64,000 nucleotides of DNA, from positions 4,092,001-4,156,000 of the forward strand of contig NC_058383.1 in NCBI RefSeq assembly GCF_018350175.1, given 5' to 3'. The stretch's first letter is position 1, and each line of letters opens with the position of its first letter. The DNA is from Felis catus. Its lineage: Eukaryota. Under the pieces are notes generated by a model. It made no database searches and had not been told where the DNA came from. It worked only from the letters and a program-made list of their open reading frames with translations. Both the position numbers and the translations under genes were made by a program. Positions 1 to 13,621 of this stretch are shown piece after piece.

Positions 1-711
1 GAGTAGTCATGATGGCTCAGGCTGCTTTGGGTGCGTGTGAATTGTTCCTGGCTTGCTGCTAAAATATTACCCTCAATTTTGACGTTGCCAAGGGGGCGCC
101 CTTGGTCCTGTGTGATCGCTCACCGGGCGAGCGTGCGGCACCCCCTTGGCACTGGGAGGCACTGGGGCCCTGGGAGGATGGTATTGTCGGCCTGCCTTCG
201 GGGCCCCTCCTGCTGCGGGACAGACACAGGGGAGGCCATGCAGGCGTCCACCCCACCCCCCACCCCCAAAACCACCTTGACCTCAGGGGGGCGATCCTGT
301 CATTTTGCTCCCACGGGAGACTGTAGGTGTCACCATTGCTCTCTGCGGTGAAGCGGCCCTTTCTGTTGGGTAAGGCCCTGGGTGTCTGGTGACGAGCACC
401 CCGCATCACCAGTTCGAGAACTGTTCCCACTCTGTCTGTGGAGGAAAATTTGCGGCCTGGCTGTCGGGAAGCCCCGTTTACTGTGTAGCCATCTCGTTTG
501 ACGTTTATGAATTTTGGAAAATACCTGATTCACCTGGGGCTGCCCAAGGCCGCGAAAGGCTGGTAGTCAGAGAGGGAGGACAGTTCAGACTTAGTGTGCG
601 CCGCGGCCTGTAAACACGCCGACGGCCGTGTCCCCGCGCGGCCTCCGTGGCCGCCGGCTGCCGCCGTCCTGCCTCGCAGCCCCTGAGCGTGGCCGCGCTG
701 TCTCTTTGCAG

Positions 712-824
712 CCTACGCCGACGAGCTGGGAGCCGCGGGCGGCGCATGTCTGGAGGAGGAGGCCAGCGCTCTGCGGCTGGAGGAAGACAGCGAGCACCCC
801 CCTATGATTCTTCGGACGGACTGA
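712..824 (+). CDS. WIPI2: WIPI2 terminal coding exon (autophagy PROPPIN, C-terminus)
   Basis: A pyrimidine tract and acceptor (tctctttgcag) precede a phase-1 exon reading (A)[36 protein letters not shown], stop TGA at 822-824. This matches the WIPI2 C-terminus as I recall it, and synteny with SLC29A4/TNRC18 agrees. Confidence 0.93.
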
Positions 825-1610
825 ACTTGACCTGTGAACTCTGACCCCTGAAGCAGAGGACACTGGCTTGACAGAGGACTTTGTGTTATGCTGCTATGAA
901 CTTTGACCTGAGTTGGGGAGAGGACGGCAGAGACTTCAAAAGAAAAAAAAAAAAGATTGTAGCCGTAGTGTCATTCCATACTGTCGAGAAATACATTGTT
1001 TTCACTTCAGTGGCTTTTAATCCCGCTTAGGAATCTTAGCTTTTCGTTTGTTTTCTCTTTTTGCCAAAATTAACTGTTCAGTGAAGCCCTTGAAACCTCC
1101 TTGCTTTGCATGCATTAATGTGCCAAGCCAGCAGAGGAGAGGAGAGCTAGAAGCCACTTTACGACACCCGCAGTTGTCTGGTTTTTAAAATCTGTATATA
1201 GTGAGGAGCGTCTTCGGGGGACGGCAGCATCGCGCAGTGGTTGTGGGTGTCCAGGCGGACCTGCTCGGCGGGTCCAAGAGCCCTCTGTGGGCTCGCCAGG
1301 CTGGGGCGTCAGCCGTGGGGAGGAGTGCTCACTCCCCGGAGCCCCTCCCGGGCCCTTTTCCCCGTTTTATTTTGTTAATTAAATTCTTTCCAGATTGGAT
1401 TACTCTGGGAATTCTTGCTTGTTGGACTTTTATTTTGTTTCTGGCCTTATTTTCCACGTGGGTATTGGAGGAGAGCGATTCTTTCTGGCATTAAAAACCT
1501 TGTATTCGGACAGCGCGTGAACTTGAAAGAGCACCCGGAAAGGCCAGCGCCGAGGAAAGTGGTCTGGTTTGTGTGATTAAATTATCTGGTCTTTAATTTT
1601 CCTGTTGAAT
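825..1610 (+). other. WIPI2: WIPI2 proximal 3' UTR
   Basis: AU-rich sequence follows the stop codon. ATTAAA occurs at 1490-1495 and 1576-1581, the latter followed by a GU/U-rich tract at about 1613-1640. Longer UTR isoforms are possible. Confidence 0.6.
1576..1581 (+). terminator. Candidate proximal poly(A) signal of WIPI2 (ATTAAA)
   Basis: ATTAAA with a downstream tgtgtggggggtttgtttgttttt element. Confidence 0.5.
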
Positions 1611-4600
1611 AACTGTGTGGGGGGTTTGTTTGTTTTTAGGGAATTTAGTAGCGGCTCCCTGGACCCACAGAGCACAGAATTACAGCGTGGTGGCTACCCG
1701 AGTTGTCCTCTGACCTTGAGCCCCGCTGACTGTCAGGGGCTCTCCTCACCTGCGTCAGAAGTGGTAGAGAGAGCTAGAAACGGGGAGGTTGGCTCTGAGC
1801 GCCTGCCTTCCAGTGTGATACGTGCCTTTTCCATTTAGTCTTAGGAATTGTCCGGCAGAGTGACGCGGGGCTGTGGTCACAGGTCCCAGTGTTTGCCCAG
1901 CTTCCCTTTTCGTTTTCACAGCCTGAAACAACCGCAGATACCTCAAACTCTGCATTCCAAACCAAGACACCTAGCAGGTAAAGCTTTGAGGCCGTTCAAA
2001 CGGAGTTAGCGGCATAAAGGATCGTGGTGGATTCTGTGGAATGGTGACAGTTAAGGATAGAAGTGAAAAAGCAAAAATGTGTCTGCCCTCCCTTTTCCCT
2101 TTGTCGGGCATTTGAACCGAGGCGGGAGAGGAGCAGAGGCATCTGCTCCGGGTTGTATTTGTCAGGTCTCGGCAGTCGTGCGGCCTGGAGAAGGGGGAGA
2201 GGCACCTGCTCCAAGTGCCTGCGGCTGTGTGCCCGGCGGTTCAGGTAGAAAGCCTAGGTGCAGGGGGCACCCAGAGTAAGCTCTGACTGTGGCAGAAATC
2301 TCCAGAAACGCCGGTTGTGGCAACGAGTGGACGTGCCGTATTAGTCAAAGGTGAGGGCAGAATATACTCTACTTTCCTCTGGAGGCTGGAGGCGGGCACG
2401 CCTGCCAGCGTGACCCGCAGTCACGGGGGTGATAGGGTGTGCGTCTGCTGAGGCCCCGCGCAGGACACGGCCTGCCCGAGTCAGACCCGGAAGGCCCACT
2501 CGCTGTTCCCTCCGGAGCAAGGCGTTGCACTCCATGTCTTTGGTGGTGCCTTTGGCCAGGGTGAGTGTTCACGGGAAAACTAGTGTCAGAGGCTGCGTAG
2601 CGGACGTGGGGCCCTCAGCTAGGGTCTCCTGACTACCAAAGAGAGAAACTGCCTTTCCTGTTGTGTGTTCAGTATTGCCGAGCTGGGTACCTTTGCGTCG
2701 GCCTGCACGCTTGTGGCGACGTGAGGAGTCACGTCTGCTCTGTGGTTCCTCCTGGCCGGGAGTGCGTGGCTTTGTCTGTCTTTGGGATTGGTGGCCCTGT
2801 CAGCCGCCATCTCCTCGATGGGGGGACGGACGCTTAGAAAAGGTGGCCTGAGTCGCTGTGACTGTCACTGCCTGCCCTGTCCCAAGGGGCAACGACAGGG
2901 CTGGCCAGGTGCTTCTTTGTGCCTGGGCATCAGCAGGCCGGAGGCGCATGCGGGGGGCGCTGGAGAGGACAAATCTGGGAGAAGCCGCTGAGACGCACAT
3001 TAGCAGGACTCTTGCTGCCACACCCGAGGCTTAAACAAGACGGGACCCCAGCCGACCCAGACGGGGCACTGACGTGCTGAACTCCAAGCCGTACGCAGAT
3101 AGTAACTTTATTATGTCCTCACTTTCCAAACTTCCGAAAGAATCACGGGGTAGGAAACAAAACCTGGAAGCCTGCTTCATAGAGCGGTGTGGACTGGGAC
3201 CAAACCCTTTGTGTTTCCTAAAGCAGCGGAAGCCACAGTCAGGTGGAAGCTGGAGCTGAAGACGCCTGCGGCAGCCCCCGATCCTGGCACCGTACTGTCA
3301 GCTGGCCTGGGTGGGCCTGGGGCCTCGGTCTCCTCCTGTCCCTGCCCCGAGGGGCCGCTGCCTAAACGCGACATGCATGCTGCAAATGCCCGGTTAACCT
3401 TTGAAACAGAAATTCGTCTGACCAAATGCAACCGATGGTTCTTCTTCGGTTCTCGTTTGAATACTGAGCCGGTGGGAAAGGTGAAACGAGAACAGTGTGA
3501 GTATAAGGCCCAGTCAAGGTCACGTGGCTCCCTGTCGTCCCTGCCTTTCCCACTCCCGGATTCCAGGACCCTGAGCAGCTGCGGGAGTGGGTCTTGGGCA
3601 GGAGGGTTGCTGGGGGAGACTCCACGGTCACCCCAGAGCAGACTCCCTTCCGCCGGCACAGGCCACAAGCTCGCGCCTCGTCCGTCCCACTCCCCTGCAG
3701 CCGCCGCCCCCCCCCCCCCCCCCCCCCCGCTCGCCAAGGAGGGGCTCCTGGGCGCTGCCTACTCAGATCCATTAGGGGAGCCATGGGGAAGATGGTGAGT
3801 CACGTACAGAAAAGACTAGATGTGCTCAGGTCACAGGCCAGTCAGTGGTGGGAGCTGAGTTCCGGGCTCATTCCCGCTGTCGTCCGAGGTTTTGTGCGGC
3901 CGTCTGCGGGGTGTGCGTGGGCCCTGCTGGTTTGGTTTTGTTTGTCCCCTGCCCTGTGTGTCTGTAGGTCCTGTCTTGTGCATGCGGGGAATGACAGGAG
4001 CCCTCGGCTAACATGCGTGTATGACTCTGTAGCTAGTGCAGCTGAAAATCCAAATATGTTACTTTACAAGTGTACTTAATTCTTAAACTGACGGTGGACG
4101 GGCGGAAAGGTTTTGGATCGGGTTCTGTGGTGTCAGACGAAAAAGAGTGCGTTCAAGCCATTGGTATTCTGTGTGGGAGGAGCGCTTTCTATAGACTTCT
4201 CTTTTGCGAATGACTGCTTTCTTACTGAGAACGTACAATGACAGCTCATTGCCAAGCCGGTCTCACCGATGTATATCTGGGCTCCTACCAGGTCCTGACC
4301 CTTGGCCCGTATTGTACCTTTTCATTCTGTGGATTTTGTGAAGCACAAAAAAAATTGGATTTTGAGGCGTGGCCAACCCTTCTTATCCTTCCCCGATATC
4401 TGACCAGGAAAGTCTTTAATTTGGAAAAATTAAATCTTTTTAAAGCTCAGAATTTAAAGGAACTGTTTCGATTCCTCACTCCTATGTTGTATCATTCTTT
4501 ACTGAGTTGTAATTTCTGTTCCTTCTTACATTTCCTTTGTAGGTGAAGCCGTTGTATGTGCTGCCAGTGTATATGGGTGGGGGGGGAGGGAGGGAGGGTG

Positions 4601-6452
4601 TGTGTGTGTGGGGGGGTGGGTGTGTGGTGCACGTGCGCATGAGGGGGCCGAGGGGGGAAGGTGTGTGTGTGCGTGTGCGCACGCGCACGCCGTGGGGAAA
4701 CGTACTTACCGATTCCACATCCGAGCGGAAGGCCCCTTGCTGTTAGCGTTTATAACTGCATTAAGAAATTAGAAGCTGCGATGTCCTTTTCTTCGCGGCC
4801 TCGTTGCCGCCTCACTGGCCCTCCATCTCATCTGTCTCGTGTTTCAATGCGCTGTCCTTCTGCCTCGAGCACTTGGGCAGAATATCAGAGTCCTGAAGCC
4901 CAGGTGACATCTCATAAAGGTTTTCCTCCGGAGCTGATTCCTGTCCTCTGTGGAACAGACGACACGCTCCTGTCCACTAGTGTTCTCGGCCTCATCTGCC
5001 GGGTGTTCCCAGGACGCCGCCCCTCGCGGGCTGGGCAGGGCTGAGCAGGTGCGGTGCGCTCGACCCGCCCCCGAGGCCGTGGGGTTCTGTTTGGGGAGGA
5101 GGCTGTGGCGGGAGGAGCTCCGCCCGCACCCCTGCCTGGGCCCCGCTGTCACCGGGGCGCAGCGCTAGTCTGGAGGCTTCTGTCGGCAGCGCCTCCTCCT
5201 GGGCACCGGTTTGCTGTGTCACAGACCTCCCTCCAGGCTGGAGGACTTGTTCCTTTTTACGTCGAAGGCGGAGACACGTCTAATGTCCTGAAAAGGCGTG
5301 CCGGGACCCCAGCAGGTGAGATTCTGAGGGGGCGACTGCCCGAAGCCGTGGGGGCCGCGTCCCTGCTGGGACCGCATGCCGTCGGTCTGGCAGCCACCGT
5401 CCTGTGTGAGGGCGCCGACGCAGCAGTTCGGTTTGCGGGGAGGCACACGAGACCCCGTGAGTCTTTGCACGCGCCCACGGTCGTCGTGGTTTTTTTTTAC
5501 AGAGAACATTTGTAATTTTTTTTCCTCCTGTGCTTATTTCAGCGGATTGACACAAAGATGTATCTTTAGAAGCGTCTGGGCCTTTTGTCTCAAGGGAGCA
5601 TGAGGCGGGGTGGCTGGGGCAGAGCGCTGGGGCTCTTTGCTGCCCCTTTTCTCCCCGGAGGACACCCCTTGACCTTCCCCAGTCTAGTCGGAGTCTGTCG
5701 GGCCCAGGACACGAGCGGGCTCAGACGTGTCCACGCGGCGGGAACGCCGAGACGGGCGTCGCGCGAAGGCACGCGGGTCCTGTAGGGATTGAAGCCCTTG
5801 AAACAAGAAGGCAGGGTGCATATTAAATGGGGAACGTTACAAACTCCAACCACCTTTTCAAATGATGCCCTTGGGATGCCCTGTTCAAACCAGCTTTCCA
5901 GAGAGCCAGCCCCATGAACAAGCTAGCTCCTAAGTAAGATAAAGTGAGTTTCTAAAGAGAAGCCCTTAGAAGTCTCGCCCTGCCTGCCCTGGTCACCACT
6001 GCAGTACCTGTAGTAATGGGGGATGATGATGTTAGGTGGCTTCTAAATGGAGCGCTCCCTTCCATTTACATGACTTCCCAGCTGCGGCCGGTCACCGGCT
6101 CCCCCCGGGCTGGTCATGCTCATCGCATAGCCTCTCGGGGAAGGAAATGCCAGGCCACGTTGGCTGTGTCACTAGCTAGGCTCTTCAGAGGGAACGGGGT
6201 TTGGGAGGTCATAGGGACAGACCACACGGGGCTCTGTCGCTGCTGGCCGTGCGCTCCAAGGGGACCTGCCTTCTCATCCGTTCCGTCCGCGCGGTTGTGA
6301 CAGGCGGGAACACGCCGTCATTAACTTGCTGGATTTGAACTTAAAGGTAGCTACCCTGTTGTGCCTCCGGGGCTTAGACCTTCCGGCTTACTCTGTTAAC
6401 GCTCACCGACTGCAGTGGCGGGTGAGAGCCACGGTTGCTGGGCTCCTCTCTG

Positions 6453-6471
6453 AATAAAAAATGCAAATAAA
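6453..6471 (+). terminator. Tandem AATAAA hexamers, candidate distal WIPI2 poly(A) signal
   Basis: AATAAA at 6453-6458 and 6466-6471, followed by tggtctgtttgc. Confidence 0.35.
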
Positions 6472-7289
6472 ACATGGTCTGTTTGCGATTACGCTCCAGC
6501 GGCAGACTGTTTGGAATCCCTCGAGGTAAGGTTTTCATAATGGGGTGGACGGCTGTCCCGCCTCACCCGGACATGCCACCTCGCCCTGACACTGTGGGTC
6601 CCTCTCCTCGGCCCTTCAGTGAGGTTGGGCCACTCTCCCAGCCGCCCCACAGCGCGTGACACGTGGGGAGCAGGCCCACAGAGGGGGCCCTCGGCCGTCT
6701 TCCTCTTTGTCTTAGCTGCGGGGCCGTGCAGGCATCTGTGCGGTGCGGGCCTAGAGGCCCCGTTTCCTGGGCGCAGCACGCAGGAGGCCTGCGGGCCGGT
6801 GTGGGAGGGGGAGCTCCCTCTGCCTCCCGCCTGGGAAGCCGGCGTGCGGTGGTCCTGGCACACAGGGGTGGGGTCCTCCAGGTTGAAGCCCCTCCCACCC
6901 GCTCTGTGTTCAACATAAACATTGGTAACGGTTTTCCGATCATAAACGCAGAGGGTCCGTGCGGACGATTCCAAAAAAATAGGGATGGATAAAGAGGACC
7001 GAGGCCACCTCCACCCCTACCCTGAGCTGATGCAGGGTTAACGTTTTGGTGTGTTTCCTTCCAGCTGCTTTTCTGACGGCATTTTAGAAGTTGATCTCTT
7101 TACATGATTACGTAGCTCTGCCGCGACACCGTGTTCTCCCTCAACTATTAACGGGGGTCTTATCTTTCCAGTCCCCACACTGGAATCTGCTCTCTAAGAA
7201 GGGATTTGTGTGTGTGGCACAGAGGCCGCCCGAGCGAAGGTTTACGGTCGCAACCAGAAGACGGCCAGGAAGTGTCAGACGGCAGGGGC

Positions 7290-7556
7290 GTGACGTTGCG
7301 TGCGTGCGTGGCGTGTGCGTGTCTCGAAGCTCAGGAGGCGGGGTTTCCCAGACCGAGGGGCTGACGGGTTCTGTGTCTGGAGGGAGCTGCTTCCTGGCTC
7401 GCAGACCACGTCTTCTCACTGCGGCCTCGCAAGGCGGGACGGGCAAGGGAGCTCCGCGGGTGTCTCTTTTATAAGAACACTAATCCCATTCGCGAGGGCT
7501 GCACCCCGAAGTTAGGATCTGACCTATGGATTTGGGGCACATTCAGCCTACAGCAG
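7290..7556 (-). mobile_element. MaLR LTR fragment (MLT1A-like)
   Basis: Contains the characteristic segments cttcctggctcgcagaccacgtcttctcactg, tctcttttataagaacactaatcccattc and ggggcacattcagcctacagca. Confidence 0.6.
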
Positions 7557-8720
7557 GGGAAAGGTCACCTCCGATGTCCCAGCCACCAGGACTCTCTTCC
7601 GGGTTCCCGTGGGCAGCCGGATGTGACGTCAGGCAGGTCCTCAGGCCTGGCGGGAGGTCTCCCCTCCCTGGGCACCCCTGCTGCACACCCACAGCCCCCT
7701 CCTGCCGGGTGACCTCACTTGCAGCCTGCAACTTCCTTTAGTACGGAGCATTTCACTTAGGATCCATGAAGACTCGACAGACCCATGAATGGAGGAAGAA
7801 ATGAAAAGACTTTCTGTTGGGTTTTATAGACAGCCCCACTGTCCCAGAGGATATATTTACAAGAGGACATCTACGTACATTTTTCTCTTGGCTTTTCAGG
7901 AAATTCCCACGTGTCATCGTGGCCGTGTAGTTTTCCGTTGTGTGGAAGTGACATTGACATCACTTGTTTACACGTACTTCTCTTACTGGACGTGTGGGTC
8001 TTACTGGACGTCTCCAGGTTGGGGCTGTCCGAACATCGTCGCTACAAACATTCTCGTATACGTATTTGGGGACACTCCTGTGGGGTTATTCCCTAGAAGC
8101 GGGGTGGCCGGAGCATGAGGTATACCAATGTGCAGCCTCAGAAGATGGCACCAGCCTTCCAAGATGGTTATGGCGGAACAGAGATCCTGCTGCAGAGCAC
8201 ATCACCCACAACTCGGCCTGAAACATTTGTTCATCACGACTGCAATCTGGCTGGACCCAGCCGCTCTCCATCAGCTCGAACCCCCAAAAGGCCTCTGTAC
8301 TCACGTGGCTGGAGTTGTTACCAGCTGCGCGGGCAGCCGCGTCCCCAGGTGGCTGCTTGGGCTTCCTTGCAGCATGGTGGCTTGCTGGTGGTCAGTCCTC
8401 TTACACGGTGGCCGACTTGCAAAGAGTGAACGTGGAGGCTGCTGGCTTTCTTTTCAAAATAAAAACTGGTATGCTGTCCTGTTGACTTCGTTCCTTTGAC
8501 CCGGACGAGTCAGAAGATCAGGGCAGGTCTAAGGGAGGGGGAGACCAGCTCTACCTCTGCATGTGGAGCAGTGGGAAGAGAGGGGGGACGGCCATCCTCG
8601 GAGACTGCCCGAGATTGTACCGGTTTTCACTTCCACTGGCAGCCTGTGAGCATTTCAGTCAGTTCACGCCCTCCCCAGCCCCATGGGACACTGAATGTCT
8701 TTTTTTCCAACTTGTGTCTT

Positions 8721-8906
8721 TAAAGTTTTGTCTATTTTTAAGAGGCGGGGCGGGGGGAGGGGGGAGTGGTGGCGCAGGGAGAGGAAGAGCAAGGACCCCC
8801 AGCGCGGAGCCTGATGCTGGGCTTGAACCCACAAACCACGAGATCATGACCTGAGCCAAAATCAAGAGCCGGACACACTCAACCGACGGAGCCACCCAGG
8901 TGCCCC
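8721..8906 (-). mobile_element. CAN-SINE (felid type)
   Basis: The reverse complement begins GGGGCACCTGGGTGGCTC. ttgtgtctttaaa is duplicated at 8712-8724 and 8912-8924. Confidence 0.8.
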
Positions 8907-11900
8907 TGCATTTGTGTCTTTAAAACCAAGGGAAAGGGCGCTCCCAGCACCTCGTGTCCACAGGGATGCACCAGCTCCACGGCAGGAGAGCTGAACTGGG
9001 GGCCCTGCGGGCGGTGGAGAGGCTGCTGGCCCGATGCCCAGGCCCGGTCCCTCCACTGCCTGAGAAACCCAGAGCTGCGCAGTGTGCGTGGGGGGCTGCC
9101 TTCTGGGGGGTTTCTATTTGCATAAGCCGGGGGAGAGCTTGGCTGCCAAAGAGCTCTGAGCAGAGGTTCGCAATAGCCACACAAATGCTGGAGGCGTTTA
9201 AAATAAAACCTGGTAAAGAAACAGGCCAGTTAAGAGAAGATGTGATTACCCAGCTGTCATTTCAAACTCCTGTTCAGCCCTCAAATCCTCTGCAGTGTTT
9301 GCCTGACTTTATGTTTCAACTGATCGTTGGATAGATCCAGTATTCACTTTTCAAAGGAGACACCCGGGAGCCCACGGGGGAGGCAGGCACCGTGGTTTCT
9401 GCTCCATAAACGGAAGGATTGCCATGGGAGTCTGTGTGGGTTGGTAGGGAAACGTGGAGGGTTTTAGCAACAGGAATGAACCTGGCGGACGCAGAACCAC
9501 CCCCACTCCAGCTATAAATGCTCCAAAGAAAGACGGAGAAATCCCCAGGTTGAGAAACAAAAAGCAAACCAGTGAGCTCAGGCTCACGGCCCAGGTGCCT
9601 GGCGTGGGGACCCCAGATCCAGACGGCAGCCTCGGGTGGGACCCTGAATCTGAGATGGCATCAGGACAGAGACGTTCCAAACATAAGTCACAGAAGAGCT
9701 GCCCAGTGAAAAGGGACAGGATGGCCCTGGCCACCAGCCCTGAAGGAGACCCAGGACACTTGCCGAGCTCAGGGCCCGGGAGGGGCGTGGAGAGGGCTTG
9801 GGGGATGGGAACAGAGTTTCTCTTTGGAAATAGTGGTGAAGGCTATGCAGCATTGGGCGTGTACCTAATGCCACTGAACTCTACACTCAAAACCAGTTAA
9901 AACAGGAAATTTTATGGTGTACCTATGTACACAATTAAAAGCAAAATTTAAAAAATCCTGGAAAGAAGGAGGCAGGATTCCGGTGTCTGCAAATAATCTG
10001 ATTGTCTCCCTGGAAAGCCCAAGAAAACCCATGCAGATGTGTTCGGATCACAAAAGAATGTTCAGTTCGGTGCCTGGTTGTGAAGGCAACACAAGTCACT
10101 AGTCCTCTGTGCCAGCAGAGCTTAGAGAATACAGAGGTGAAGGAGGTCGCTCAGGGTCGTCGCTAAGACCTGAGTAACGGCACTTGACCAAGCGACCAGG
10201 CTCCGTGAAGAGCTCCACTGTCCGAGCTGCCCGTGACACTTGTGCAATGAATGAATAATTACCCGTTGCGCAGAGGGATAGACGAATAAAAGAAAAGATG
10301 TATCCTGTTCGGGGGTTGGGGGGGGGGGGAGAAGCAATGATGAGCAAAGACATGCAGGCTATTACCAAAAAGTAAGGACAGTAATAATGACCCGTCTGGG
10401 ATGCTAAAGTGACGTATACGTATTACGAAAACGCTGGGCGTCAGCAAGGAAGGAGGGCAGAGTGAATCCAGGAGACGGTCTGTTTCTACTGATCTTTCAA
10501 CCACTTTGTAAGATCGACCCTTTTCATCATAAAAAGTTGGGAAGTTGAAGGAATTCGGCAAATTCGAGCACTGCTTGGCCCTCCCGGTGGAGGTCGCCGG
10601 TGGAGGTCGCCGGCACCTAGAGGCCGGCTGTGCCCCAGCTGCAGGGGTCAGGGTGGGTGGCGGAGAGGAAGCGGGGTAAGCAGGGGGACGAGGGACAGAG
10701 AAAGAAGGGGAGCACAGGTTGTCAGTCTGCCCTACGAAACAGTGCACCCTCGCCCGCGCCCCAGCCCAGCGCCCGCGGTCCTGCCCTTTTCCCTCATCAC
10801 CCAAACCCCACGACAAAGTGCTGCTTTCTGGAGTCGGGCTAGCCAGAGCCCCCAACGACCCCGACCCCTCCTCCCCAACCTGCTGTTCTCTCCCTGGGCC
10901 CCCGGGCACAGCTGAACGCCTCCTGCCCTCCAGTGAGCCAAGGACCTAGAGGTAGCAAACACCCGCACCAGCCTCGTTAACCCACCTCATCACATCCAGT
11001 CTGGCCTAGTCCAACCTCCCCTGCAGAGCTGAGCCACAGCCTACGTCCGCTGGGCGAATAATGGCAAAGCGGGGGCCCGGCCTCTCACCCCTGCGCTCCC
11101 AGGCCGCACCCCGGACAGGCGCTGAGAGCAGAGGCCATTTGCAAACACGGCACGCGTACATTTTCTTCCTCCAAGGCAGAGCTCAAGAAGCTCTCCTTGA
11201 AGCCAGGGACCTCTTCCAGAGTCTACAAAGAGCACTTGCCAAGGAACCTCACGCTCGCCCGGCTGTGAGGCCTGCACTCGGAGAGTCTAGGATTGCATCA
11301 TGCGTGAAGTGTTTGGAGAAAGATTATTAGCCTCTCGGCTTCTCCAGGGGGCAAAGCCGAACGGTGGTTCCTCATCACGGGAGCTGCCCCAGAGGGGCTG
11401 TGGGGGAGGAGCTGCCCAAGGCGGTGGGGGGGGGGGGCCACACCCCCTCCCCTGAGCGCCCCACCCCCGGGGACCCGTCACTGGGGAAGCTGGGGCTCAC
11501 ATCGTGTGCCTCCAACTAGGCCTCCCGGGCCTGAGATGCCCGTTCCCTCCCGCCTTCCTCCACGAGGCCCTCTGGAAGGTGAGAATTCTCTTCGCCTCTG
11601 ACATCTCAGAAGAAATCACTTCCGCTCCAGCATTTCTGCCTGCTGAGTATCTGGAAACTGTGAAGGAGGCCAAGGCCACTGGGCGCACCCAGAGCCCCCG
11701 CCCCGGGCCCGAGGCCGGCCGGGAGGAGAACCAGCTGGCACCCAGGAGGCCCCCACGGGTTGGGCGAGCCCACGAACAAGCTGTGTGAAACCACCAAAAG
11801 GCGTCTCCTAACTGTGGCCTCACCAAACCTAACTAACCATCATTTTGAGTATTATTTATTTAATCATACGCCTATGTCATTTAATTCTTAATGGCGACTT

Positions 11901-13523
11901 TAACCGCTGGCTTGCATCATTTCTACAACTTGAACGATCCACTTTAAAGCACCCATGTGAGCCCCTTCACCTGCCGGGAGGGCCCTGGGATGTCGCCCTG
12001 CATGGCGCGTGGGGCCTGGGAGTGGCTGGATTTGGGCCTCGGGGCTGGCATGTGTTGGCTCTCCTGACTCAGCACCCGCTGCTCTCTGTGCCTGGTTTAC
12101 GTCCAGACCCTTCCATTTATTAAAACGGTTCTTGTTCTGGGCACCACAGGCTCCTGAGTCCGCAGGTGCCAGCAGGGGTGAGGCCACTTGGCAGGAGATG
12201 GGTGGGGGTGGGGTACGACCTGGGGGAGGGAGGGAGGACGCTCAGCGGCCAAGCCCGCTGGTTTGCCCCCCACGATTGCCCTTGGGGATCACCGACCCCC
12301 GGAGGCTGCCACACGCCTGCCAGGACCGTGTGAACCAGAACGACCCAAAGACTCGGGGTTGATACCAGGCTGGAGGCCGCTGTCGTGGAGACCACACGCA
12401 CAGACCCTTCAAAACCCACGCGGGGAGCACGGGGCCCTGAGGGAGGAGGGTGCGCCTCCACCTGCCTGAGGCTTCTTCTCTCCCCCGGGAGATGAACTTG
12501 GGGGGAGCCAGGAACCGCTCACAAAGCACGTAGGGGCGCAGCAGGTGGACAGATGGCTCCAGCCGGTGGGTGGTAAGATCCCAGCTGGCATCTCTGAGCC
12601 GGCGGCCTTGTCCCTCAGGCTGTGGTCCTCTAGGACCCTGGCGGGACGGGGCAGGACGATCCTCCCTGGCTTCCACCCGGGGTCTCCAGAGCAGTGGGTG
12701 AAGGCTAGACACAGGCGTCCTCAGGGGACACTGCCAGGGACCCTCCGCAGGTCCCAGTGCCGCAGGTCCCAGGGCCCACATCAGCATGCTGGCCAGCTTG
12801 GGGGGAGGGACAGTGCTGACCATCGCAGGCTCATTCACAGAGGCAGCTCTGCCTAGGGCCCCAGCTTCAGAATCAGACGGCCCTGGGCTCACATCCCCTC
12901 TCTGTGTGGCCTTGGTCGTGGTGTCCAACCTCCCCGCACCTCACTTGTCCCATCTGTGAAATGGGGTACTAATCCTACCTATCTCAGAGGGCGCCAGGAC
13001 CTGGCAGGGGCCCAGCTGGCTAAATGCTTCCTCCCCACTCTGGTTACAGTTGCACAGAACATACTTGAAACATCTTTTGTTTCGCTCAGGATTCCGTCTG
13101 CAGGTCCTCAGCTCTGCTGGGCCGTCCCCTGCTGGGGTCTCCCCTGAGGCTGCAGTCAGATGTCCCCAGGCGCTGCCGTCACCTGAGGGGTCACCTGAGG
13201 GCTCCGAGAGCCTGCAGGAGATCGGCAGGGGGCAGGGCTGTGACCGAGTGCCCTGCAGGGCGGTGGGGCGTCTCCCAAGGAGCCGATGTCCCAGTGAGAA
13301 GCACCAGAAGTTTCCGTGACCCAGTGTCTCGCCCCCCGACTCCCCTGACCCATGCACACGCAAGATGAGGGGACATGGACCTTCCTCTCGGTGGCAGGGG
13401 GTCGGAGAACTTGAGGCAGTGTCTTAAACCTCCACAGAGGCTTTGCCTGAACCCCTCAACAAATACTTGCTTGGTCGTCGGAGCAGCAGAAAGCCTGGCT
13501 TCCCAGTGGTTTCTAAGACTTAA

Positions 13524-13572
13524 GTCTTTTGTTTTGTTTTGTTTTTGAGAGAGAAAGAGCCAGGGAAGGGGC

Positions 13573-13621
<49 letters not shown>

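Noticed and set aside
1082..5804. Exact 15-mer tgaagcccttgaaac at 1082-1096 and 5790-5804
   Set aside because: About two such matching pairs are expected by chance in 64 kb, and the similarity does not extend into the flanks.
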